Shown here in pieces: positions 55,176 to 64,000 of a stretch of 64,000 bases of DNA. The stretch is from an uncultured Actinomycetota bacterium (GTDB lineage Bacteria > Actinomycetota > Actinomycetes > JAHEKZ01): assembly GCA_963718235.1 (NCBI GenBank), contig CAVQYR010000002.1, positions 525,454 to 589,453 on the forward strand, given 5' to 3'. A model generated the notes under the pieces. That model did no database searches, was not told the origin of the DNA, and was given only the letters and a program-made list of their open reading frames with translations. The translations under genes and the position numbers were made by a program. Each line of letters opens with the position of its first letter. The first letter of the stretch is position 1.

Positions 55176-56279
55176 ATGCCTCGTGCGCGTGACATCGGAC
55201 TCGCCATCGGCCCACTTCCCGTGGGGCCCACCAACTCCTTGCTCGACGTCCCCGGGGTCGGGGTCGGGCACTCCACCGTGGTGCGTGACGAACCGGACCC
55301 ACCGGCGGGGCGCGGGGTGGCCCGCACGGGCGTCACCGTCGTCGACCCGGGCGGGGAGACCTTTGTCCGGCCCGTTCCGTTCGGGTCGGCCGTCCTGAAC
55401 GGGGCCGGTGAGGTCACCGGTCTGCTGGGAGGACGCGAGTGGGGGCTGCTCGAGACCCCGGTCTTCCTCACGTCGACCATGCAGCTGGGCCGGGTGTACG
55501 ACGCCGCGTGCGGGCTGATGATCGAGGAGAACCCGCTGGTCGGAGCCGACGAGGTGGTGATCCCCGTCGTGGGGGAGTGCGACGACTCCTTCCTCAACGA
55601 CGCTCGCCGGATGCAGGTCACGGTCGACGACGTGCGTGCGGCGCTCGAGGCCGCCCGAGCGAGCGTTGGGGCCGCCCAGCCACCCGCCGAGGGAGCCGTG
55701 GGTTCTGGAACCGGCATGCAGTGCCTGGGCTGGAAGGGCGGGATCGGCACGTCGTCACGGGTGCTGCCCTCCGGGCACACCCTCGGGGTGCTGCTCATGT
55801 CCAACTTCGGTGAGGCCGAGCGGCTCACCGTCGACGGCGTGCGGGTGGGCGACCACCTGCGCCCCGAGGCCGCCGACGGGGTGGCCATCGACCCCGGCCC
55901 CAAGGGGTCGTGCATCGTGGTGGTCGGCACCGACGCACCGGTCGACTCCTCGACCTGCGACCGGCTGGCCCGTCGGGCGGGCCTCGGGCTCGCCCGCACC
56001 GGCTCGACGGCCCATCACGGCTCCGGTGAGATATTCGTCGCGTTCGGAACCGGTCAGCGGACCCGGCGCGGTGGGTCACCCGCTGTCCCCCCGGTCCGCG
56101 GCAGCGCCCTCGACGACTTCTTCGCCGCCGTCGTCGACGCCACCGAGGAGGCCGTGCTCAACTCGATGCTCCAGGCGCGCACGACAAAGGGGCGTTCCGG
56201 GAACACCCTGCACGCGCTCCCGGTCAGTGACCTGACGACGCTGCTGACTCGGTACGGTCGGCTCGCCCGCTCGACGTGA
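55176..56279 (+). CDS. DmpA/ArgJ-like P1 family peptidase (S58, L-aminopeptidase/D-Ala-esterase-like)
   Basis: It contains MPRARDIGLAIGPLPVGPTNSLLDVPGVGVGH. The conserved autoproteolytic glycine-serine site (GSG) is in the C-terminal half. The start could be 55176 or 55155/55164. Confidence 0.7.
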   Translation: MPRARDIGLAIGPLPVGPTNSLLDVPGVGVGHSTVVRDEPDPPAGRGVARTGVTVVDPGGETFVRPVPFGSAVLNGAGEVTGLLGGREWGLLETPVFLTSTMQLGRVYDAACGLMIEENPLVGADEVVIPVVGECDDSFLNDARRMQVTVDDVRAALEAARASVGAAQPPAEGAVGSGTGMQCLGWKGGIGTSSRVLPSGHTLGVLLMSNFGEAERLTVDGVRVGDHLRPEAADGVAIDPGPKGSCIVVVGTDAPVDSSTCDRLARRAGLGLARTGSTAHHGSGEIFVAFGTGQRTRRGGSPAVPPVRGSALDDFFAAVVDATEEAVLNSMLQARTTKGRSGNTLHALPVSDLTTLLTRYGRLARST

Positions 56280-57246
56280 GCCAGCAGGCGCACCTGTGCT
56301 CGCTGATCGCGGGAAGGACCGGCAGGTCTGCCGCGGCGCAGTGGTCGGCCACCCCTGCCGCGGCTGCCGAACCGTCGGCCAGCGACTGGCAGCGCGGGTG
56401 GAACCGGCACCCGGTCGGGATCCTGGTCGGGTCCGGCGGCTCTCCGGTGAGCACGATCGGTTCGCGGTGCTCGATCTCGGGGACGACCGAGAGCAGCGCC
56501 TGGGTGTAGGGGTGCTGCGGGTTGGCCAGGACCTCCTCGGTGGGACCTTGCTCGACGACCCGGCCGAGGTACATCACGACGATCCGGTCGGCGATGTTCC
56601 ACGCCAGCCCGAAGTCGTGGGTCACGACCAGCACCGTCAGGCCGAGCTCCTGACGCAAGCGAAGGAGCAGGGCGAGGATCTCGCCACGCACCGACGCGTC
56701 CAGCGACGACACCGGCTCGTCGGCGACCAGGACCTGAGGTTCCAGGGCGAGGGCACCGGCGATGACCACCCGCTGACGCTGTCCTCCTGATAGCTCGTGG
56801 GGGTAGCGCAGGAAGAACCGCTCGGGGGGACGCAGCCCGGCCTCGGAGAGGGCGTTGCGCACCTGCCCGAGCTCATCGGGCATCTTGTGCACCCGCGGTC
56901 CTTCGGCGACCGCCTCGTACACCGAGTGCCGAGGGTTGAGTGAGCCGGAGGGGTCCTGCAGGATCAGCTGCACCTTGCGCCGGTAGGCCTTGAGGTCCTT
57001 GGCCCGGTACGACAGGGGAACGCCGTTGTGCAGCACCTCTCCGGCCGCCGGGCGCTCCAACCCGAGGATGCTGCGGGCCAGGGTGGTCTTGCCGCAGCCG
57101 GACTCACCGACGATCGCGACGATCTCGCCCTTGGCCACGGAGAAGTTCACCCCGTCCAAGGCTCGCGCCTGACCGCCGCCCCGGGCCCGGAAGACCACCT
57201 CGAGGTCACGGACCTCGATCACCGGCTGGCTCGAGGCCTCACCCAC
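56224..57246 (-). CDS. oligopeptide/dipeptide ABC transporter ATP-binding protein (OppF-like)
   Basis: Walker A is GESGCGKTT, the signature is LSGGQRQRVVIAGAL, and the C-terminal Opp extension reads HPYTQALL. I take the GTG near 57246. An alternative ATG at 57312 would add VSDPVSDPVSEPV, encoded by a 12-nt tandem repeat. Confidence 0.75.
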   Translation of the reverse strand: MGEASSQPVIEVRDLEVVFRARGGGQARALDGVNFSVAKGEIVAIVGESGCGKTTLARSILGLERPAAGEVLHNGVPLSYRAKDLKAYRRKVQLILQDPSGSLNPRHSVYEAVAEGPRVHKMPDELGQVRNALSEAGLRPPERFFLRYPHELSGGQRQRVVIAGALALEPQVLVADEPVSSLDASVRGEILALLLRLRQELGLTVLVVTHDFGLAWNIADRIVVMYLGRVVEQGPTEEVLANPQHPYTQALLSVVPEIEHREPIVLTGEPPDPTRIPTGCRFHPRCQSLADGSAAAAGVADHCAAADLPVLPAISEHRCACWLTSSGRADRTESAASSGH

Positions 57247-57250
57247 GGGT

Positions 57251-57286
57251 TCACTCACTGGGTCACTTACTGGGTCACTCACTGGG
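57251..57286. repeat. 12-nt tandem repeat x3 (TCACTCACTGGG / TCACTTACTGGG / TCACTCACTGGG) at the oppD/oppF junction
   Basis: It is directly visible in the sequence. It spans the oppD stop codon and would encode VSDPVSDPVSEPV if oppF starts at the upstream ATG. Confidence 0.6.
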
Positions 57287-58253
57287 TCACCACCGACGCC
57301 ACGTGGATGCATGCGGCGAAGTGCTCGTCGGCCGCCGGGCGCAGCGGCGGCTCGGCCGCCGCGCAGGCGTCCTCGGCCTCCGGGCACCGCGGCCGGAACG
57401 GGCAACCCGACGCGAGCTCGCCTGGGAACGGCGGGTCACCGGGGAGTCCCTCGGGAGCGAACCGCGAGGTGCTGTCACCGATCGTCGGGAAGGCCGCAGA
57501 CAGGGCACGGGTGTAAGGGTGCTGCGGGCGCCGGAAGACGTTGCTGCCCGGTCCGGTCTCGACCACCTTTCCGGCGTACATCACCATGACCCGGTCGCAG
57601 GTCGTGGCCAGGACCGACAGGTCGTGGCTGATGATCATCAGGGCGAGCCCGTGGTCCTTGGCGATCTCCTGAAGCAGGTCGAGGACCTGGGCCTGCACCA
57701 TCACGTCGAGGGCGGTCGTCGGCTCGTCGGCGATCAGCAGCTGGGGGCGGCAGGCCAGGGCCAGGGCGATCATGATCCGCTGCTTCTGGCCGCCGGACAT
57801 CTGGTGCGGGTACGCATCGGCCAGCCGACCCGGGAGGCCGACCTGCTCGATCAGCTCGACGACGCGGGCCCGCGCCGACTCCGGCGTGGCCGACTTGTCG
57901 TGCAGCAGGATCGGCTCGCTCAGCTGCTTGTTGATCCGCTGGATCGGGTTCAGCGAGTGCAGGGCTCCCTGGAACACCACCGACGCCTTGGCCCACCGGG
58001 CTGCACGCACCTGCCCCCAGTTCATGGTCAGGACGTCTTCGCCGTCCAGCAGGACCTCGCCGGTGACGGTGGCGTCCCTCGGGAACAGCCGCAGCACGGT
58101 GGAGGCGAGGGTCGACTTGCCGCACCCCGACTCACCGGCGATGCCGAGCACCTCGCCGCTGTCGAGGGTCAGGTCGACACCGCGGACGGCCGGGACCGGA
58201 CCGTCCTCGGAGGCGTACGTCACGTGCACGTCGCGCATCTCCAGCATCGGCAT
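57279..58253 (-). CDS. oligopeptide/dipeptide ABC transporter ATP-binding protein (OppD-like)
   Basis: Walker A is GESGCGKST, the signature is MSGGQKQRIMIALAL, and the C-terminus has a HPYTRAL segment. Confidence 0.85.
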   Translation of the reverse strand: MPMLEMRDVHVTYASEDGPVPAVRGVDLTLDSGEVLGIAGESGCGKSTLASTVLRLFPRDATVTGEVLLDGEDVLTMNWGQVRAARWAKASVVFQGALHSLNPIQRINKQLSEPILLHDKSATPESARARVVELIEQVGLPGRLADAYPHQMSGGQKQRIMIALALACRPQLLIADEPTTALDVMVQAQVLDLLQEIAKDHGLALMIISHDLSVLATTCDRVMVMYAGKVVETGPGSNVFRRPQHPYTRALSAAFPTIGDSTSRFAPEGLPGDPPFPGELASGCPFRPRCPEAEDACAAAEPPLRPAADEHFAACIHVASVVTQ

Positions 58254-58254
58254 G

Positions 58255-59175
58255 TCAGCCCTCCTTCAGCCGGGGGTTCAGGACGACCTCCAGGGCGCGG
58301 CCGATCAACGTGAACGCCAGCACGATCACGATGACGGCCAGGCCGGGCGGCAGCAGGTACCACCAGGCGCCACTCGACGCAGCACCCGCCCCCACCGCCT
58401 TGTCGAGCATGGTGCCCCACGAGTCGAGGAACGCCGGACCCAGCCCCAGGAACGACAACGTCGTCTCGGACAGGATGACGATGGCCACGGTCAGCGTGGT
58501 GTTGGCCAGCACGAGCGGCATGACGTTGGGCAGCACGTGTCGGATCATCTGCTGCCAGTCGCTGTCCCCGAGCACGCGGGCCCGCTCGAGGTACGGGCGG
58601 CCCTCGACGCTGAGCGTCTGGGCCCGGACCAGGCGGGACGTCCCCGGCCAGGAGGTCACACCCAGCACCAGGATGATGGTGAAGAGTCCGGTGTTCTCCA
58701 GCACGGCCGCCAACACGATGACGAGCGGGATGAACGGGATGACGAGGAACCAGTCGGTGAGCCGTTCCATCAGGGCCCCGAACCAGTTGCGGTAGTGGCC
58801 GCTGGCAATCCCGATCAGGGTGCCGAGCACCATCGACATGATCGACGCCGTGAGCCCGACGATCAGGGAGACCTGGGCTGCCCAGACGAGGACGGCGAGC
58901 ACAGAGCGCCCGTTCTCGTCGGTGCCGAGCCAGAACTCGCTGCTCGGGGGGTCCAGGGCGGGGTTGTCCAGCGTCTGGGTGATGTCGAGCATCTCCCGCG
59001 GGAAGAGCAGTGGCGCCAACAGGGCAAGGCTGACCACGATGACCAGGAGGACGACCCCCGCAACTCCTGCCTTCTGGGCCAGGAAGGCCGACGTGAACCG
59101 TCGCAGCGAGGCGCGGCGCCTGGTCCAGGCGACGGCGCGTGCTGAGGCGATGGCTGGTGCGGTCACCTCGGTCAT
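58255..59175 (-). CDS. peptide ABC transporter permease (OppC/DppC-like)
   Basis: 6 TM helices. The EAA-type loop lies in the region of RARVLGDSDWQQMIRHVLPN. Confidence 0.85.
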   Translation of the reverse strand: MTEVTAPAIASARAVAWTRRRASLRRFTSAFLAQKAGVAGVVLLVIVVSLALLAPLLFPREMLDITQTLDNPALDPPSSEFWLGTDENGRSVLAVLVWAAQVSLIVGLTASIMSMVLGTLIGIASGHYRNWFGALMERLTDWFLVIPFIPLVIVLAAVLENTGLFTIILVLGVTSWPGTSRLVRAQTLSVEGRPYLERARVLGDSDWQQMIRHVLPNVMPLVLANTTLTVAIVILSETTLSFLGLGPAFLDSWGTMLDKAVGAGAASSGAWWYLLPPGLAVIVIVLAFTLIGRALEVVLNPRLKEG

Positions 59176-60224
59176 CGGCTGATCCTCGGGTCGATCACGG
59201 CGATCACGATGTCGGCCACCATGTTGAAGAACAGGACCGAGAGCGAGAAGACCAGGAACAGCGCCTGCATGACGGCGAAGTCCTTGTCCTCGATCGCCTC
59301 GAAGGTCAGCAGGCCGAGGCCAGGGTAGGAGAAGACGGTCTCGACCGTGATCGCCCCTCCGATGATGAACCCGATGTTGAGGAAGATGAGTGTGATCGTC
59401 GGCAGCGACGCGTTCGGAACGGCGTGCCGTCGTCGGACCAGCCGGTCCATCAGGCCCTTTGCCCTGGCCGTGTTCAGGTAGTCCTGGCCGAGCTCGTCGA
59501 CCATCGACGCACGCATGATGAGGGAGTACTCCGCGAGGTACACGATCGCCAGCGCCGTCGCAGGCAGCACGGTGTGGTACGCGATGTTCACGACACCCTC
59601 GAGGGACATCGCGTCGATCCCGGAGTCCTTGAACCCCCCGCTGGGGAAGATGCCGGGGAAGGGGCCGATCCCGGTGGAGAACAGCAGGATCAGGAGCAGC
59701 CCGAGCCAGAACTCAGGCGTCGCGTAGAAGAACAACGTGACCCCCGTGGAGGTCTTGTCGAAGCGGCTGCCCCGGTTCCAGCCGGCCCGGATCCCGATCC
59801 ACACCCCGACCGCCGTCGCGACCAGGGTCGACGCACCGATCAGGATCAGGGTCGGCCACATCCGCCCCCCGATCAGCTCCCACACCGGTCGGCCGAACCC
59901 GGTCGAGATGGCGTCCAGGCCGAACGGGTCCTTCAGGTAGCCCCAGAACTGCTGCGGCAGAGGGGCGGTCAGCTCGGCCCGGATCTGGGCGAGCTCCTCC
60001 GAGGAGATCCCCCGCACCCCGCGGTACTGGGCGGCCGGGTCGCCGGGCAGCATCCGGAAGAGGAAGAAGTTGAACACGAAGACGAAGACCATCGTCCCCG
60101 CTGCCGCTGCGAGTCTGCGCGCGGTGAACCGAGCCAGGCCGCCACTGGCCGTGCTGCGCCGAGACGTCTTCGCGCCGGTCGGAGCCGCCCCGGCCCCGGT
60201 GACCGCGCTCCCGTCGACCACCAA
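59172..60224 (-). CDS. peptide ABC transporter permease (OppB/DppB-like)
   Basis: It has the family architecture (AYHTVLPATALAIVYLAEYSLIMRASMVDELGQDYLNTARAKGL). It is 4-nt coupled to the oppC-like gene. Confidence 0.8.
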   Translation of the reverse strand: MVVDGSAVTGAGAAPTGAKTSRRSTASGGLARFTARRLAAAAGTMVFVFVFNFFLFRMLPGDPAAQYRGVRGISSEELAQIRAELTAPLPQQFWGYLKDPFGLDAISTGFGRPVWELIGGRMWPTLILIGASTLVATAVGVWIGIRAGWNRGSRFDKTSTGVTLFFYATPEFWLGLLLILLFSTGIGPFPGIFPSGGFKDSGIDAMSLEGVVNIAYHTVLPATALAIVYLAEYSLIMRASMVDELGQDYLNTARAKGLMDRLVRRRHAVPNASLPTITLIFLNIGFIIGGAITVETVFSYPGLGLLTFEAIEDKDFAVMQALFLVFSLSVLFFNMVADIVIAVIDPRISR

Positions 60225-60227
60225 CCG

Positions 60228-62078
60228 CTACTCCACGTCTGCGTCGTTGGACCGGCGCGACCGGGTACCCAGCCACACGACCACGCCGACCAGCAGGGCT
60301 GCCGCGGCTGCCCCACCCACGATCAGGCCGATGTTCGTGGCGTTTCCGGAGCTGGCGCCCTCTTCGGTGACCGGGGTGATGTTGCGGTAGGAGAAGGTGC
60401 CGTACTGGAACAGGATCGCCCCGTCGGGGTCCGGCTGCGGGACGAAGCCGGTGAACCGGTCGGTGCGGTAGGCCTGCAGGTAGTCGTAGTACTGGGTCAC
60501 GATGTAGGCGTTCGCGTCGTAGACCATCTGCTGCATCTTCTTGACGATCTCGGTGCGAGCCTCGGGGTCGATCTCGGTTGCCTGCTGCTCGTACAGCTCG
60601 TCGTACTGCTTGTTGCAGTAGAAGCTGTCGTTGAGCCCGGCGTAGACGACGCCGTCGGTCCACTCGTAGTTGCGCTGCCCGCAGGTGAAGGTCGACAGCT
60701 GGTAGTCGGGGTCGGGCTCGACCACCCAGCCCCACTCGTACATGTCGAAGGTTCCCTCACCGGCGATCTCGTACAGCCGGCTCTCCGACACGGTGTCGAC
60801 GTCGGAGTCGATCCCGATGTCCTTCAGCCACCCCTGCAGGAACTGGATGGTGGTCTTGGAGGTCTCGGAGTTCGACCGCGCGTACAGCTGGTAGACGAGC
60901 GGGTCGGAGCCGTCGGGCATCGTGCGGATCCCGTCGGGGCCCTTGGTGTAGCCGGCGTCGTCGAGGATCTGGTTGGCCCTCGCCGGGTCGTAGGTGACCG
61001 GCTCGGACGGCTCGTAGTGATCCGGGTACAGCGGGGGGATGACGGAGGTTCCCGGTGCCCCTCGCCCGTCGAGGGTTCGTTGGACCAGGGCGTCCTTGTC
61101 GACGGCGTAGTGGATCGCCAGCCGCACCTGCGGGTCCTTCAGCGAGGGGTGGCCGTCGCCGATCGGGGTGCCGTCGGTCAGGGCAGCCCCACCGTTCATG
61201 GTCAGGTAGTTGAAGCCGTAGTACACCGACTCGCGGGCCTCGATGTTGTCGGCGCCCTCCAGGGAGGCGAACACGTTGGGCTCGAGGTCGTCGGCGAAGT
61301 CGATCTCGCCGTTCTTGAGTGCCTGCACCATCGCGTCGGCGTTGCGGTAGAGGCGGAACTCCACGCCGTCGATGTTTGCCGGACCGCCCCAGTAGCCGTC
61401 GTTGCGGGTGAAGGTCCAGTACTGCCCCTCGCTCGCCTCGGACAGCACGAACGGTCCGCTGCCCACCCCGCCTTGCGGGTCGGAGCCCGGCTCGTTGGTG
61501 TACTTGCGGATCTCGTCGTCGTCGATCTGCTTCCAGATGTGCTCGGGCACGATCGGGACGGCCAGTCGCTCCATGATCGGCGTGGGCTTCTTCAGCGTCA
61601 TGACCACCGTGGAGTCGTCGGTGGCCTCGACGGTCTTGATCTGGGCGACGTAGCTGCCGTAGTTGGTCTTCTCGATCTTTCCGTCGAGCACCCGGTTGAA
61701 GCTGTAGGCGACGTCGTCAGCAGTCAGCGGCTCCCCATCGCTGAAGGTCACTCCCTGTCGGATCTGGTAGGTCCAGGTCAGACCGTCGGCCGAGTTCTCC
61801 CACGACTCGGCCAGCCGTGGCTCGGGTGCGAAGTCGGTGGCGCTGTAGCCAGTGAGGGTGTCGTACATCAACCCCCACATCTCGTAGGCGGCCGCCGTGA
61901 TGCCCTTGTAGGGGTTCAGCGAGTCGACGTCCTGGAGCACCCCGACCCTGAACACCGTGTCCCCCGAGCTGGGCGTCGCGCTGGGGGACGGCGTGTCCTC
62001 GGCGGCGGCGATGCCGACCGGCAGCCCCAGGGCCACCATCAGGGCCAGCGTGCCGGCGGTAAGTCGTGACTTCACCAT
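60228..62078 (-). CDS. ABC transporter family-5 (peptide/nickel) substrate-binding protein with a C-terminal TM anchor
   Basis: I take the ATG at 62078, with GGGAG 10 nt upstream. The signal peptide is MVKSRLTAGTLALMVALGLPVGIAAA. It has the SBP_bac_5 body. The unusual C-terminus is a Gly/Ala-rich linker, the TM helix IGLIVGGAAAAALLVGVVVWL and an RSRRSNDADVE tail. Confidence 0.8.
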   Translation of the reverse strand: MVKSRLTAGTLALMVALGLPVGIAAAEDTPSPSATPSSGDTVFRVGVLQDVDSLNPYKGITAAAYEMWGLMYDTLTGYSATDFAPEPRLAESWENSADGLTWTYQIRQGVTFSDGEPLTADDVAYSFNRVLDGKIEKTNYGSYVAQIKTVEATDDSTVVMTLKKPTPIMERLAVPIVPEHIWKQIDDDEIRKYTNEPGSDPQGGVGSGPFVLSEASEGQYWTFTRNDGYWGGPANIDGVEFRLYRNADAMVQALKNGEIDFADDLEPNVFASLEGADNIEARESVYYGFNYLTMNGGAALTDGTPIGDGHPSLKDPQVRLAIHYAVDKDALVQRTLDGRGAPGTSVIPPLYPDHYEPSEPVTYDPARANQILDDAGYTKGPDGIRTMPDGSDPLVYQLYARSNSETSKTTIQFLQGWLKDIGIDSDVDTVSESRLYEIAGEGTFDMYEWGWVVEPDPDYQLSTFTCGQRNYEWTDGVVYAGLNDSFYCNKQYDELYEQQATEIDPEARTEIVKKMQQMVYDANAYIVTQYYDYLQAYRTDRFTGFVPQPDPDGAILFQYGTFSYRNITPVTEEGASSGNATNIGLIVGGAAAAALLVGVVVWLGTRSRRSNDADVE

Positions 62079-62260
62079 CTGTGTGTCGCTCCCGATCAGG
62101 TCTACGGGCCAGGGTTGCCGAACTTCTGCCGCCGTGCACGTCAGCCACCGCGGCGTCCGGTATGGACAGTCTGGGGGTGGACGCGCGGCCTGTGAGCAGC
62201 AACCTAGTGAGGTCCTGTGTCGCAGTTCAGGGATTGGTGCCAATCCGTTACCGTCGCCGC

Positions 62261-64000
62261 ATGGTCACCACCCCCTCGAGCCCCCCGCCGCGCGCACCGC
62301 GGCATCCGCACGTCCACCGGGCCCACGGGCTTGAGCGCGACGACCCGTATGCGTGGCTTCGGGACAAGACGTCGTCGGAGTCGCTGGCCTTCCTGGAGCA
62401 GGAGCGGGCGTACTACGACGAGGCGGTCCGCCCGCTGGTCCCGCTGCGCGACCGCCTGCTGGCCGAGATGACCGCTCGCGTGGCTCCCGACGACGAGTCG
62501 GCACGTTGGCGTGAGGGCGGGTTCTGGTACTTCACGAGCACCGTCCCGGGGATGGAGTACCGGCAGCTGCGTCGCACGCCGGCCGACGACCCACACGGGG
62601 ACGGGGTCGTCCTGCTCGACGAGAACGCGCTGGCCGCGGGGCACGACTTCGTCGAGCTGGGCGTCCGACTCGTCAGTCCGGACGGGCGGCTCCTGGCGTA
62701 CTCCTTCGACCACGACGGGGACGAGGTCTACGACCTGCGCTTCCGTGACCTGGGGACCGGCGAGGACCTCCCCGACCTGGTGACCCACACGTACTACACC
62801 GGTGCCTGGAGCGCCGACGCCACGGACTTCTTCTACACCGTCAACGATGCCCTGTACCGCCCCTACCAGGTCTGGCGGCACTCGCTCGGCACGCCGTCGA
62901 CGAGCGACGTCCTGGTGTTCGAGGAGCCCGACGAGCAGTTCGAGGTCACCGTCGAGGCGACCCGGTCCGGTGAGTGGGTCGTGGTGACCTCGATGAGCCG
63001 CAACACCAGCGAGGTGTGGCTGGTCAACGCCTCCTCGCCCGCGACGGCCCCACGAGTGGTCGAGCCCCGTCGCCGGGGCGTGGAGTACTCGGTGGCACAC
63101 GTACCAGGCGGGGCGCCCGGTGGGGACCTCCTCATCACGACCAACGACGACGCGGTCGAGTTCCGGCTGATGAGGGCGCCGGCGACCGACCCTGGGCGTG
63201 GCCACTGGCGCGAGATCGTCGCGGAGCGGGCCGACGAGCGGATCCACGGTGTCGACGTGTTCGCCCACCACGCCGTGCTGAGCCTGGTCCGCGACGCCCA
63301 GCAGGTCCTGCGCATCGTGGAGCTCGCCGAGCTCGACGACGTGCTGCCGTCCGGCGCGGGGCTCGACATCACCTCGGGCGTGACCGCGGGACTGCTCACG
63401 CTGGGCCCCAACGAGGAGGCCGACGTCGACGCGGTCCTGGTCGAGGTGGAGTCCGACGTCGAGCCGCGGTCGTGGTACTCGGTGTCCTTGGCCACCGGAG
63501 AACGCACCCTAGCCAAGCGGGTCGAGGTGCCGACGTACGACCCCAGCCGCTACCTGGTCGACCGGATCGAGGTCACGGCACGCGACGGGGTGAGCATCCC
63601 GGTCACGGTGGTGCGGCGTGACGACACCCCGCTCGACGGTTCGGCGCCGGCCCTGCTGTACGGGTACGGGGCGTACGAGAGTGCGTGGTGGCCGGGCTTC
63701 GAGCCGGCGCTGGCCAGTCTGCTGGATGCCGGCATGGTGTACGTCCACGCCCACATCCGCGGTGGTGGTGAACGGGGCCGACGCTGGTGGCTCGAAGGCT
63801 GCCTGTCGGCCAAGGTGCACACCTTCGACGACTTCGTCGACGTCGCGGACGCCCTGGACGCCGACGGGATCGTCGACGGCACCCGGATCGTCTCCCGCGG
63901 GCTCAGCGCCGGGGGGCTCCTCCAGGGCGCGGTCTTCTCGACGCGTCCGGACCGTTGGCGGGCCGGTGGTCGCCGAGGTTCCCTTCGTCGACGTCGTCAC
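62261..64000 (+). CDS. ptrB: oligopeptidase B (protease II, S9A prolyl-oligopeptidase family), 3'-partial; apparent frameshift near 63950
   Basis: I take the ATG at 62261. The N-terminus is PHVHRAHGLERDDPYAWLRD. The beta-propeller leads to the catalytic domain (GGGERGRRWW, SRGLSAGGLL). The last 15 codons read junk, while the +1 frame reads the expected VVAEVPFVDVV. This ORF is not in the track because it has no in-window stop. Confidence 0.75.
   Translation, partial: MVTTPSSPPPRAPRHPHVHRAHGLERDDPYAWLRDKTSSESLAFLEQERAYYDEAVRPLVPLRDRLLAEMTARVAPDDESARWREGGFWYFTSTVPGMEYRQLRRTPADDPHGDGVVLLDENALAAGHDFVELGVRLVSPDGRLLAYSFDHDGDEVYDLRFRDLGTGEDLPDLVTHTYYTGAWSADATDFFYTVNDALYRPYQVWRHSLGTPSTSDVLVFEEPDEQFEVTVEATRSGEWVVVTSMSRNTSEVWLVNASSPATAPRVVEPRRRGVEYSVAHVPGGAPGGDLLITTNDDAVEFRLMRAPATDPGRGHWREIVAERADERIHGVDVFAHHAVLSLVRDAQQVLRIVELAELDDVLPSGAGLDITSGVTAGLLTLGPNEEADVDAVLVEVESDVEPRSWYSVSLATGERTLAKRVEVPTYDPSRYLVDRIEVTARDGVSIPVTVVRRDDTPLDGSAPALLYGYGAYESAWWPGFEPALASLLDAGMVYVHAHIRGGGERGRRWWLEGCLSAKVHTFDDFVDVADALDADGIVDGTRIVSRGLSAGGLLQGAVFSTRPDRWRAGGRRGSLRRRRH

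Overview
High-GC (about 70%) actinobacterial chromosomal window, densely coding on both strands, with no rRNA, tRNA, CRISPR array or obvious mobile element. Conserved core genes suggest a Nocardioides/Mycobacterium-like actinobacterium: aroA-rsgA, a sigH/sigR-type ECF sigma with a ZAS anti-sigma, whiB1-like, kgd (2-oxoglutarate dehydrogenase), and sodN-sodX (Ni superoxide dismutase plus its maturation peptidase). There is a copper-export cluster (HAD hydrolase, flavodoxin, copA, copZ, CBS protein), a polar-amino-acid ABC importer next to an arginase-family hydrolase and a threonine aldolase, an Opp/Dpp-type peptide ABC importer, an ABC-2 exporter pair, oligopeptidase B, and an orphan pilT.

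The less ordinary content is:
- A PLP-dependent group-II decarboxylase fused in one uninterrupted ORF to a C-terminal cyclic-nucleotide-binding domain, followed by a phosphoribosyltransferase-family gene.
- A translationally coupled pair of paralogous polytopic membrane proteins. One carries an intact HD-GYP domain and the other a degenerate HD domain. They sit behind an unusually long, structured, repeat-rich leader with a small uORF.
- A 24-aa ribosomal protein bL37-like gene missing from the ORF track.
- An ECF sigma/anti-sigma pair whose anti-sigma has an internally duplicated ectodomain and apparent frameshifts.
- A DUF4097, RHH-protein and 44-aa ORF operon with a TGACGTCA/TGACATC operator-like region.
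- Several operator-like palindromes and tandem repeats: a TetR-type site before a Tat-lipoprotein amine oxidase; 10-bp tandem repeats before a GlxA-type regulator; a CRP-like TGTGA-N6-TCAC site before whiB; and a 12-nt tandem repeat at the oppD/oppF junction.

At least four genes show apparent frameshifts: the alpha/beta hydrolase, pilT, the anti-sigma gene and ptrB. This suggests either indel errors in the assembly or real pseudogenisation.

Coordinates that I derived from the printed line labels rather than from the ORF track may be off by 1-2 nt.
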